Assembly (NCBI GenBank): GCA_008632985.1
Contig: QPGO01000157.1
Span: forward strand, 124,001 to 181,696
Length of the DNA: 57,696 nt
From: Psammoneis japonica
Lineage: Eukaryota
Direction of reading: 5' to 3'
In this document: positions 47,233 through 57,696 of the stretch, piece after piece
Layout of the letters: each line of letters opens with the position of its first letter
Position numbering within the stretch: the first letter of the stretch is position 1
Made by a program: the position numbers and the translations under genes
The notes under the pieces: model-generated
Databases searched by the model: none
The model's input: the letters and a program-made list of their open reading frames with translations, nothing else
What the model was told of the DNA's origin: nothing

Positions 47233-48087
47233 ATGCGCAGCAGAAAGGATCGCTTGGATCGTCCATCAGGTGCGGTGCTACCGCTGCTGTTGCGTGACAA
47301 GTTGAAGCAGCAACTACCGGAAACGGGAACAACAGCAGCGGCAAGTGCTCACAATGAGAAGATGCAGCTGGTGCCTCCTAGGAATGATGAAAAAGATGTG
47401 GTCTTCACGGCGGTTGAGTTGGAGGAGCGGTTGAATCAGGCTTCTTCTGCAATCATGGACATTCAGCGGCAATTGACTAAAGGAGAAGAATTGTATTACG
47501 AAGAAACGAATCATCACGGGAATTTGTTTCGGGGCTGGGATGCCTTTGTCGATGCAAAGGACACGGGATCACACAATAGTGGAATGCCAGGCGTGACCAA
47601 TCATCATCGTCGTATTCCTGTTGATAACCGATGGTTCTCTTCGAGCTGCACCAGTGCAATCAAGACGAAACCACTGCTTCAGTCGTTGTCAAGCCGTTGC
47701 ACAAGCAAGGGAATCTTGTCAACAACGGTGCCTTTGCCTCTGCCTCAGACCGATACGGGTAGGCCTCCACTTCCAAGTGATGCTGCAAGTTCTGCAGTCA
47801 TATCTGACGCTCCGACATCCACCCCGGTTTCCGATGAGGTGGTTGCAGCTATAGAAAGTACAGAGACAGAACCAAAAAAGGAAGAAGGTCTTCAACAGAA
47901 AAGTAAGGAATCTAACGAGAAGTCGCTACCGACAGATACGGAAAGAGTAACACCTGCCACCGAAAGCGATACCGGCGGGGGAAAGAATGTGAAAGGAGAC
48001 GCCATACCGGTACCCAGTGACTCCAAACCACCAGGCCTCACACCACCTGCTAGAAGAACAACTCGTAAACGCAAAGCTGGGGATTGA
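47233..48087 (+). CDS. EAF6: NuA4 histone acetyltransferase subunit Eaf6/MEAF6-like
   Basis: 'IQRQLTKGEELYYEETNHHGNLFRGWDAF...DNRWFSSS' matches the Eaf6 motif E..YLEET...GN..RGW....R.FS.SS. Basic NLS-like tail (RRTTRKRK). Confidence 0.8.
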   Translation: MRSRKDRLDRPSGAVLPLLLRDKLKQQLPETGTTAAASAHNEKMQLVPPRNDEKDVVFTAVELEERLNQASSAIMDIQRQLTKGEELYYEETNHHGNLFRGWDAFVDAKDTGSHNSGMPGVTNHHRRIPVDNRWFSSSCTSAIKTKPLLQSLSSRCTSKGILSTTVPLPLPQTDTGRPPLPSDAASSAVISDAPTSTPVSDEVVAAIESTETEPKKEEGLQQKSKESNEKSLPTDTERVTPATESDTGGGKNVKGDAIPVPSDSKPPGLTPPARRTTRKRKAGD

Positions 48088-48777
48088 ATAGAGCAGGGCT
48101 GTGTAGCGTTTTATCTACCCCGCGAAGAATTGTCTCGCTTGTGGGGTTTATAAAATTGAGATCCGCATTTTGTGATATAATGGCAAATCTGCAAGAGAAG
48201 GGTGCTATTGAGTCCTATTCGGGTATGAGTACGCCTTCCCTGTGCTAGAAGTAGCCCTGTATGACGTAGTTGGTGTGTGAGTTCGCTTATGTGATTGCAT
48301 CCCAGGCTGTCAATCGCCCTAAAGCATCTGGCTTTTCGTGCTGGCTTTATCAAGTGAGAGGCAGGTTCACATCTCACATCCAACCTTGGACACTGTATCA
48401 TACTATTGAATCTGCCTCTGATAGGGTCCTAGCTTGCTCAGACTCTTTACCCCTACAGTACGAGTGCAGCTCTACCAGCAATAAAGGCTATGCGAATGCT
48501 ATCTCGCTCTACCGGTATCTAGGGCCCTACTCGACTCTCTAGGGCCTACTCTCTCTCTAGAGCTACCTAGCTAGGCCGTCGATCCGTCCGTCGACTGTGC
48601 ACTGATTGCTGACGGACAAAAAAGAAATGAGAACCCTGGTGACGTGTGATCCCAAATCACATCAACACGATCAGATCTTTCTCTCAAGAGTCAAGAGGAA
48701 GGTGACACCAACACAATGTTCGTTGCAGCTGTTATTACATTACTGTATTTCCCATCCCCATAAACAACCATACAACC

Positions 48778-49528
48778 ATGATTTGTGTCTACTTGCTTCT
48801 CGCGATGACTCCGGCTTTGGTGCAATCGGCTGCGTTTGTCAGCCCAACTCATCAATGCCGCTCCAGCATAGGAAGCACCCTGCTTGCTGCCAGCGAAGCT
48901 GAAGAGCATCTGAAGGACATGTCCAAGGCATGGCCGACCTCCAGAAGAAAGAAAAGGAAATCGAACGCTCTCCCGACGAAGTAAGTTGCATTAACTATTC
49001 CCACTTTTGAAGTTCAAGATGTCGCCCCCCTGTACGTAAAAAGTACCCTCATACCTATTTACTGGGTTTTGGATTTTGCAGAACGCAGCCTATGAGTTGG
49101 CCGAGGAGATGCTCGAGACTGCGATTGAGTTTACTCACACCAAAGAAGTGATCGAAAAGGAGCATGCAGCGTCTGCTCACGAACTCCTCGAAAAAACTAT
49201 GAAGCAAGAGGCGGCTCTTGAAGATATCGAGATGGAGGCACATCATGATGCAGAAGATGCGGATCAGATATTGGACAACTACAAGCAGGTTCAAATTCCC
49301 GAAGACTTGGAGAAGCGCCGTGAAATGGCTGTGGCTGACCTTTCTCACAACATTGAGAATTATGTTGAGTCTCGACTCCAGCAGGCCAAAGAGGTGGAAC
49401 AGCACGCGAGGGAAGAAGAACAAGAAGCACAAAGTACCCTGAAGGATTTAGAAACGAAGGAAGCCGCGTTGAAGGCTACACTCGATGAACTCAAGACGCT
49501 CAAACCCAAAGCGCACCTGGAGGAGTGA
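48778..49528 (+). CDS. Putative plastid-targeted coiled-coil protein, 2 exons
   Basis: MICVYLLLAMTPALVQSAAF-VSP bipartite-type presequence. GT-AG intron 48981-49081. One missing G near 48933 would restore W-ADLQKKEKEIERSPDE/NAAYELAEE. Confidence 0.7.
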
Positions 49529-49760
49529 GTCAGCTCGATGCTATATACATATTTTAGCCTTTAAATTAAGCTAATGAAGGAACGTGAGTTCCAAGTTGGT
49601 CCATAACTTGTGGTTCGCTCATCCCGCAACCCGCAATACCTCGGACTGTATTGTTGATTACCTCTAGAGGACTGTGCTATAATAGTGCCAGCTGCGATTT
49701 TGCATCGATATCGCAACTTGGAACACCAGATGACTCATCCGCTGTGAGTCGCTAGCTTTT

Positions 49761-50519
49761 TCAGTTCGATTTCTTGCTGTTTGAATTCTGCGGTGGCACA
49801 AAGATGATCCCAGCCTTTTCCACAATTCGTCGCGTATCACTGTACACCCCGAGAATCGAAATGAGCGTAATGACGAATGCCATGACTCTTATTCGGTCTG
49901 GACACTTGGATGTGACCATGATAACAACCTGCACAAGGAACGAGTACATGGAGAAGAGAAATGTCTGGAAGCCGCGGTATCGCTCTTCTGCTGTGCTCTT
50001 GAAGAACTGAGCAAAAGCCTCATCGTTACCGAGACCTACTGCTGTTCTTCCGTACATTGTCATGAGTGAAAACAAGAGAGTCGAGTGAATTCCTGACACG
50101 GTTCCTATTGTGCCGGCAACAAGAAAGACAATAATACCAAAAAGCTCCACGTATGAACCTGTCCGCCAGAGCTCTTCAAAGTCACGGTGGGTAAAGACGT
50201 CGAAGCATGCAATAGACGTGGCAATCGTCAATGCTGATACGACTGCATAAACTTCAATTCCATCGAGACGGACAGTGGTGCGGTCAATTCCCAAGTTTTC
50301 TTCGCCCTGTCCGTGCTCCCTAATCTGTGCTTCGACGAGCTTTTCAATAGAGTCATTAAGCTGAACAAGAGACTCCCGAGTCGTCTCTTGATTCTCTTTC
50401 AAGCTGACACTTAGAGATTTCAATGCGCTTGCTAGAGACTCTTCATTACTTGAACAACCTTTGGTATCGTTATTGTGAAACATGTTGCGGTCGTCGCCCA
50501 TCATGGGGTGGCTACGCAT
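49761..50519 (-). CDS. Multi-pass (about 4 TM) membrane protein of unknown function
   Basis: Intact 252-aa ORF with an N-terminal coiled segment followed by four hydrophobic stretches. Confidence 0.75.
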   Translation of the reverse strand: MRSHPMMGDDRNMFHNNDTKGCSSNEESLASALKSLSVSLKENQETTRESLVQLNDSIEKLVEAQIREHGQGEENLGIDRTTVRLDGIEVYAVVSALTIATSIACFDVFTHRDFEELWRTGSYVELFGIIVFLVAGTIGTVSGIHSTLLFSLMTMYGRTAVGLGNDEAFAQFFKSTAEERYRGFQTFLFSMYSFLVQVVIMVTSKCPDRIRVMAFVITLISILGVYSDTRRIVEKAGIIFVPPQNSNSKKSN

Positions 50520-50892
50520 GGTATGTTCGGTTGGCGAGTGCGGCGAGAGAGCAACGAAGGCGTTGTTGGGTTTTGTGGCAAAAGACTGACGTCACCAAAC
50601 CTGGAATCCGGAATCGGCAAGTTGACAATTTGGTTATTTTCAGGTCGCAGGGACGGGATTGTTGCTCTTTTATCTCTCTGGACACGCACAATATTTTTCA
50701 CACATTCACAATGAAACTGAGTCGCGTATCACCGCCGTCGATTCCTTATACAAGGTAAGTTACTCATAAGATTGTCTGTATTTGTATGCGTGATACACAC
50801 CCATTTGCTCTGTCTCGACAAGTGCTCACAATTTAACTCTCCACTGCCTTTTCTGTTCTACTTGTTTCAATTCAGATTTTCTCGTGTCCAAT

Positions 50893-51580
50893 ACAGTACC
50901 TCAAGTCACACGGTACCTCAAGACACACAGTACATCAAGAGATACCACCATGTTTTCTTTAATTTTTGTTTCTTGTTGCCTTCTAATCTGCAAAGGAGGT
51001 TTGAGACACGACCTGAATAATTTTGGGTCGTTGTCGGGAACGACTTGTACCTTAACAATCTGGGGTTGTCGTCAGAAGACCGTATGCTTTGCAGTGACGA
51101 GGTGTCAACGAGTTTTGCAAACTTAAGACATACAGTACAGCGCCTCAAGAAATACAGCACCTCAAGACACCATCACGGAACAAAGCACATTGTACCTCAA
51201 GAATCACCACCATTCATTTCGTTTGTTGACGATGATGCACTGGTATGTGGTATGACCTCTTATGTTCGGTCATGGTACAAGACAGACATATCTCAATAAG
51301 CACTCGAGAAAATGTAGTTCTCTGAATCTTTCGTCATGCAAGTGACAGGAAGGAGCGCTTTCGTCTCATTTCTTGTCAAGTGGTGCATGACTGTCCTCTC
51401 TGTACTGCATTAAGGTTGCGGTATGCGCTGGATGAGTTTAGACGGAAACTCTAACAACGTACCTCAAAAGTCACCTCAAGACGTACCTAAAGATATGCTT
51501 CAAGACCTTGTGCACTTTTTTGTTTCGCTGGTTGATTTCGAGCCTCTTGCATCCACCTCAAGACATGTGGAGCACATCAA
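50893..51580 (+). repeat. Clusters of short (G/C)ACCTCAAG-core repeats, including 3 x 17-bp tandem units
   Basis: acagtacctcaagtcac / acggtacctcaagacac / acagtacatcaagagat (50893-50943). Further cores at ~51143, 51160, 51195, 51474 and 51556. Confidence 0.7.
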
Positions 51581-53854
51581 GAAGTTTCATTTCTCTGAGT
51601 ACCACCAGTTGCTCACATGCCTGTGGTTTATCAACGCACTCGTCCAGGGCATTAATCTTTCCATACAGACAGTATAATATGTCACTCCCAGCCATGATGG
51701 CATGCCAGTTGCCAGCCGTCGAAATTGGCAAGGATACGAACTCATCCTCTTCTGCTATTAGAAGGAGCTCTATTGATAGGGTTCTACATGATGCTCTTGG
51801 GAGCTTGGCATTTCCGTGCATCGAGCAGCAAAATAAACAGGGAACAACACGAGACACGAGCTCCTCGATTATCTTGAGAATCTTGATGAGTTGATGGGGA
51901 ATCTACTTTGCGGTGAACTAGCCTGGGAGAGTCTCAACAAGAAATCCTAGGACGTATACTCCGCAGATCTGGCACTCTATACAAAGGAATCTCCGGAAAA
52001 GTACCCTCCAAAATGCATCCATTTTGAAGCGTGCAACGAAACTGTTCAAGTCCCCAACTTGTAACTTGTAATATCTATGATGCAGGACGGAGAAACACAC
52101 TTTTTCCATTGTACAATCCCCGAAACTGGAGTGGTGCAATTATCTTTTCTTTTCGGTGGTTTATCTCGCAACGAATTCAACAGCTGGGATGGACGAAAAC
52201 CTATGATCGATTTATCATATCAAGGAGTGACCACTATTATCGATTTCGATAGGAGTCCCATGGTGCCTCTGGGTTCCTGAAGGCCTCGACTTGCATCGCA
52301 TTGCCGATCGACACTTGGTAGTCAACGACAGCTCAGTATTGCCGGCTTTCCCTTTTCTCTTTTCTGTGGTAGCGTCTATGAGCCACAAGCACGGCATGAC
52401 GACGATGACAAAGCTCCGGATTGAGATCATCACGGATCACAGTCGACGACAGGATGCATTGGCGTGTTGTTTGTGTCGCTTATCGATTGATATTGTGTTA
52501 CCGACGAAGAAATTGAAAAGGGGACCTTTTCATGGTACGTTGAGTGTTATTGGTTGTTGAGCTTCTCAGAAAAAGCGTTCGATTAATACAGCAATGTATG
52601 CTTTGCTCTGACGCATACTTCCAATTCTATTTTTGCCTGTTTTTGTTCATACAGTGCTTCCAATCCACTCGTGTCGGTTTGTGTACCATGTCAGGTACTT
52701 GAATCGAGGTCCGGGTACTCACTTTTCGGGGAGCATTTCCGCGAAATTTATCTATATGCTTTCTTAGCCTACCTCTGGCCAAGTACATGTCGTCGACACT
52801 TGGAATGACTGCATAACAAGTCCTATTCCAAAAAGTCAAAAAGAACTCGTGGTCGATTCGGATTCAAGCATCTTGTTGATTTTGCTCGTGACACTCCGTT
52901 GCTAACGTGGACGTCGTACGTGCGCTGGATTTGCTGGACTATTATGGAAATGCCTACAACAACACGGCTACTGGCTGTCCAGCCCGTGGATAACTTTTTT
53001 CATGGCATCAATGGAGCCATTCATTCCTTTAATTTCGGAAAACGATCTGTTTTGTTTTGCGTAAAGATCCACGAGGAGAAGGGCGAATACGGTGAATGGG
53101 CTTGGGGTGGCGGCCGTGACAGTGCGAGTGCTTATTGAAATTGATTTAAGTGACTGCTGTGTCTTGGAGAATGCACCGGGTCGACTGCTCGCAACGCAGA
53201 ACCGCTTTTACATAAATTGGATGGTGCGATTGGGCCGCATTCTCGATTATCTACCGCTATCTACTTTCAAACAAAGTAACCACCAAGGCTCAGGGAGTCG
53301 CGTCATTTGTTGATGCGAAGGTGAATCAACCATCATCACTATTTGACATCAACGCGTGGAATTGGGGAGGCCTCATAACTGCATCAACTACTGTACAGTA
53401 CGAAAATCTATCGTTTTGTATTAGAGCTCTCTGCGGAGCTCTCCATGAAAAGTAACTGGACAATCAGACGCGGCGGACGTAAAACGAATGCCTCATCGTG
53501 GACCCCAGGCAAGGAAAGCATACTAACGAGAAAAAATCTGAAAGAAAGAGAGCGGTGTGGTACGAAAACAGAAACGATGGCATCAAAGTATGCAACAATA
53601 TCGCAAGCGGTACGACCGCCATCGTAGTCCAGTGACATACGCACGGAATAAATTACACGCAAATATAGATTGCTATCTGGTACTTTTAGTCTTTCTACTT
53701 CTCTATTGTAAAGGTTCAGAGTGTGTTTCGAATATTTGAAACACGCCAACATCAAAAGTTGATAGAAATCGGTCGCGTAGGATAACATTGCCTCAAGAGC
53801 ACCATCAAAAGATGGAGCTCAAGCTTTTTCCTATTTTNNNNNNNNNNNNNNNNN

Positions 53855-56750
53855 AGGCCATTGTCGTGTTTTTGTTGAGGATGCAGTGGGTGGTGTCCAA
53901 CGCAGCTCTTCCGCAGAAATCATGTGCGACGTGTGCAGCGCTGGAGAAATCACCAAAGGCTCACTTTCTACCAGATGTTCAGTGCATGTGCGCAAGGAGC
54001 TGGACCTGGCACTGGTGGAAAAGAAAGCAACGAGGACGAGGACTGGCTGTGTCACTGAGAAACATGGAATGCAAAGAACCATTTTGCGAGCCCATGTTTC
54101 TCCCGTTTTTCCAATCGCCCCTGAGCCACTGGGTGCATTTGGCAGCTCCGCCGTTGTGCCCTCAAGCTGATTTGATTGCTTTTCGACTTGCTGGGCTCAA
54201 TCAATGCCTCACTGTTGATGCACAGGGTGTCTGTCACACTTGCGGCTGGGCTCGGAAACCAGAACATGAGCCACTGGGTGACGGACGAAGCAGAATCCCA
54301 TCGTCAAAGCCACGAAGAGGATCTAATCGACGAAGGTGGATTTGTAGATCAGCAAGAGCTTCCACGCTTTCGCATTGCACCTTGCATTCCACGTGCACCA
54401 ACAAAGTTGCCCGGAAATGGTCGTCTGTCTCTCCCACCTGTGGCGCTCTGAAAGACATTGTTTGCCAATTGTTCCCTTTCGCATGATTGCTTTGTCAAGG
54501 AGGGCTGTTTTGGTGTGCACTTGACACCCCCAACACCAGCTCTTGGGAGGGAGAGTTCTTTGGCAGCAAGTTGGTGAAAAAAATTTTGTGGCTGTTGTGA
54601 CTGCAAAAGTGAAAAGAGAAGAAATGAAGAGACCTCTTTGGTGTGTGGGAAGGAGGAGCAAAAGAGAGCATGTGCCAAGAAACCCAACAAGGGCACAATG
54701 CAGCAGCACTGGTGGCTTTTCTGCTGGATGCAAAGAGAAGCCCCACAAACACAGCCCAGCCTTCAGTGCCATTGCCCTGAGGAACACCCCCCAGTGCCAC
54801 CAGTGGCATGCAAGGCTTGCTCTCAGAAGTGCACAACAAGCAAGCTTCTGCAAACAATGCATGCAGGCAAGTCATTGCCACTTCCAAGCCACAGACAGTG
54901 GGAGCAGCAAGCATCTGTTTCTTTGCAACATTGTTTGCTTTTTGTCAGTGTGGTGTGCTGTGCAGCCCATGGCTCACTTTCCAAGATGCTCTCTCACAGT
55001 CACTTGAGAGGCCTCTTTTTTGGACTTGAAAGATTGTTGCCCAGCCATCATGCAACTGAGGATTTCATGTTCTTGTGGGGACAGGTGGTTTGCAGGTTTC
55101 ACAGGTCAGACATGCTGACAGCGGTGCATCAGCGGCATTGATCAGGGCTTGTGCACAGTGGCTCAGAAGCAGGTCTTGCGGAGGCCTGAGTCTCAAGTGG
55201 GTGCCAATGCTCATGGTGTCATTTGAGAATGTGGCAGTTTGTTGTGCTGGCAACAGCTTTTGCAACAGCACAGAAATGTCGCGGAGGTGATTTGACCCAT
55301 GGAGGGTGTGTTTGCCAAATGCACCAGTGCTCTGGGGAAACAAGGAGACTGCAAGTTTTGTGGTTTGTCTGGCAATTGCACCCAAATGTGGTGTGGCCCA
55401 TCTGGGGCATTGATCTTGATGAAATGGACATGCCCACAACAAGGGTCAGCACAGACCACTTGAGAGAGGAGGTGTCTTTTTTTAGGGCTTGACACCCCAG
55501 CTGTGTGGCTTCTGAAGGAAAAAGGCACAGCACAGTGCACCCTGATTGAGGGCAGGCTGGTTGCAACAGGAGCAGTCTGCTGTGTGGCCCAAGCTTGATG
55601 ATCACCCATGGTTTTGGGAGATGGCACACCCAGCTGTGTGTNNNNNNNNNNNNNNNNNNNNNNNNNNNNNNNNNNNNNNNNNNNNNNNNNNNNNNNNNNN
55701 NNNNNNNNNNNNNNNNNNNNNNNNNNNNNNNNNNNNNNNNNNNNNNNNNNNNNNNNNNNNNNNNNNNNNNNNNNNNNNNNNNNNNNNNNNNNNNNNNNNN
55801 NNNNNNNNNNNNNNNNNNNNNNNNNNNNNNNNNNNNNNNNNNNNNNNNNNNNNNNNNNNNNNNNNNNNNNNNNNNNNNNNNNNNNNNNNNNNNNNNNNNN
55901 NNNNNNNNNNNNNNNNNNNNNNNNNNNNNNNNNNNNNNNNNNNNNNNNNNNNNNNNNNNNNNNNNNNNNNNNNNNNNNNNNNNNNNNNNNNNNNNNNNNN
56001 NNNNNNNNNNNNNNNNNNNNNNNNNNNNNNNNNNNNNNNNNNNNNNNNNNNNNNNNNNNNNNNNNNNNNNNNNNNNNNNNNNNNNNNNNNNNNNNNNNNN
56101 NNNNNNNNNNNNNNNNNNNNNNNNNNNNNNNNNNNNNNNNNNAGCGGCACTTGTTGGTGGGTGTGCTGGCATGGTGGGGGTGACTGCAGCATGGGATGGA
56201 AGAGATGCTTCCATGATGTTCAGCATGCTGCAAGTTTGCAATGTGGAGAGCTGTCAAGCAGCCGCCAAGAAGAGGGTTGCTGGGGGGTGTGTCCGTTGTG
56301 AGAGAGCAGTGTTGAGGGGAGCATGATCGATTGTTTGCACTGGATTGCATTGAAACTCTGTGCACACAGAAAGCATGTGACATCCATGTCCATGACTGGG
56401 GGCTCTTCTTGCCTGTCAGGTGACAGACTGCTCTTTGTCATCACGACATGTGTCGCTTGGACCACTCACATTGGTCGAATTTTTAAAAAATGGGGTGGTG
56501 TGCCGCGTGGGGAATCATCCAATTCAAGAGGCAAATCAATCTCAAGCACAAGCAACACGCAACTGACTGGAGACTGGACTCCTCGATGAGATGATGCTCC
56601 TTTTTCTTCTTCTTGTTGCTTGGTCATTGTCCTTCCGACTGTTGAAGGACAAACATCAATGCGAACATCAATGCGATCGCGGTGATCGACGATGGACGAC
56701 GTTTTCAGTTTTTTTTTGGCGCGCAGCGACGAAGCAGGACGAGATCTTGA
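53855..56750. mobile_element. Third TpA-depleted degenerate block (CpG also lost in the core ~54500-56280), with assembly gaps
   Basis: Composition as in the other blocks. N-runs at 53838-53854 and 55642-56142. Confidence 0.55.
55642..56142. other. Assembly gap (N-run)
   Basis: 501 consecutive N. Confidence 0.99.
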
Positions 56751-57696
56751 AACTACAGAGTACTTTTCTGGAATTTTGGAAGCACACAGCATCACAGCAC
56801 ACTCCAAACTCTAGAAGTGCGGCACTGTCTACTTCTACACACCGCAACACCAAGTAGCACAAAGAAAACTCGCAGCAACACAAGCTATCTCTCCCATCAT
56901 GTCCCGTCGAAGCTCTCGCACTCCTCTACTTACGAAGACAGTGATGTAAGCGAGGACGACGTAAGCCCTGCACGAGTCGTCAACATGTCTGAAGACGAGG
57001 AGGAAGAGAAGACCCCAGAAACAATGCTGTTTACTCTCAGGTACAGTTCACGCAGCAAGAGCCAGAGCGTCTCAGCCCATGTTCCCATCAAGACGTCAAG
57101 CGCAATAAGTGGAACAATAGCACAGCGACACCAAGACAAGCTCGTCACTGACTTGACTCGTTATTCTCTTCAAGGGCGTCGCTGGAAGTCTATTGACAAG
57201 CGTAAGTGTGCCAAGGAGGCTCTGGGTGACTATGCCAGTGAACGTATTACCGAGTCTGCGTTGAAGAAGCCGCCACTCGTCTCCATAACATCTTTGGATT
57301 CGAGTTACGCCGAGCTCCGGATATATGGATACCGGTAACCAAAAGGGAGGTCTGCCCACCAAGTACAAGGACAGACTCTTTCTCATCAATGGCCTCGAGG
57401 ATGAGGAGGGCGCGGTCACTCCAAGGCGATTCACTCGGTTCATTCCAAGAAATCCATGGCCAAGGGGCTGCTCATGCTAGTCTTGGCATTTTGCTATTGC
57501 AAGGGCGAGCGACGTAACGACGATCGAGGTGGATCCGAGATGTGGATTGTATGTACTCTTGAACGGACTGGACGAAAACATTCCGCGAACCACCGGTACC
57601 GTCGTCGCGTAAGCAAGACAAGAGAAACGGTACGCCGGAAACGATCTGAGACCCAACGTCGACGACACTTCTGGACAAGTTTGTTCACCAAGACTA

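Noticed and set aside
48510..48580. Short ctagggcc(c)tactc repeats
   Set aside because: Two to three low-complexity units in an intergenic region, with no associated structure or element ends.
50893..51580. CRISPR-like array
   Set aside because: Repeats are short, degenerate and irregularly spaced, there are no cas genes, and the context is eukaryotic.
55211..56383. Long ORFs in the ORF track
   Set aside because: They span the 501-N assembly gap.
56817..57696. Possible gene at the window end
   Set aside because: Short interrupted ORFs with no recognisable domain, so no product can be supported.

Overview
Eukaryotic nuclear DNA, most likely from a pennate diatom (inferred from dense genes, short GT-AG introns, signal peptide + (A)SAF plastid-targeting motifs and a diatom-type AP2 factor). 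Ordinary host genes encode an NmrA-like SDR, an SGTA-like TPR protein, a secreted SET-domain protein, an ApaH/PPP-like phosphoesterase, a thioredoxin-like protein, a Nudix hydrolase, a D-cysteine desulfhydrase, EAF6 and two unknowns. They alternate with three other kinds of sequence. (1) Three degenerate repeat blocks (~5.6-19.3, ~43.2-45.9, ~53.9-56.7 kb) have almost no TpA or CpG and are rich in TpG/CpA. (2) A ~12 kb run of decayed host-gene fragments (Tudor/SH3-like, AP2, UTP4, VPS13) has normal dinucleotide content. (3) A 5.5 kb element at 34439-39948 has perfect 29-bp terminal inverted repeats and encodes a Sola-like DDD transposase and a Crypton-type tyrosine recombinase in divergent orientation. 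There are two main leads. The first is a repeat-targeted TpA->TpG/CpA (A:T->G:C) hypermutation pattern that differs from CpG decay and runs opposite to fungal RIP; it has turned conserved Tyr codons into Cys/His, apparently including the recombinase catalytic Tyr. The second is the composite Sola + Crypton transposon with a candidate internal recombination site. Dinucleotide counts are hand counts, family assignments come from motif recognition, and no database searches were run.
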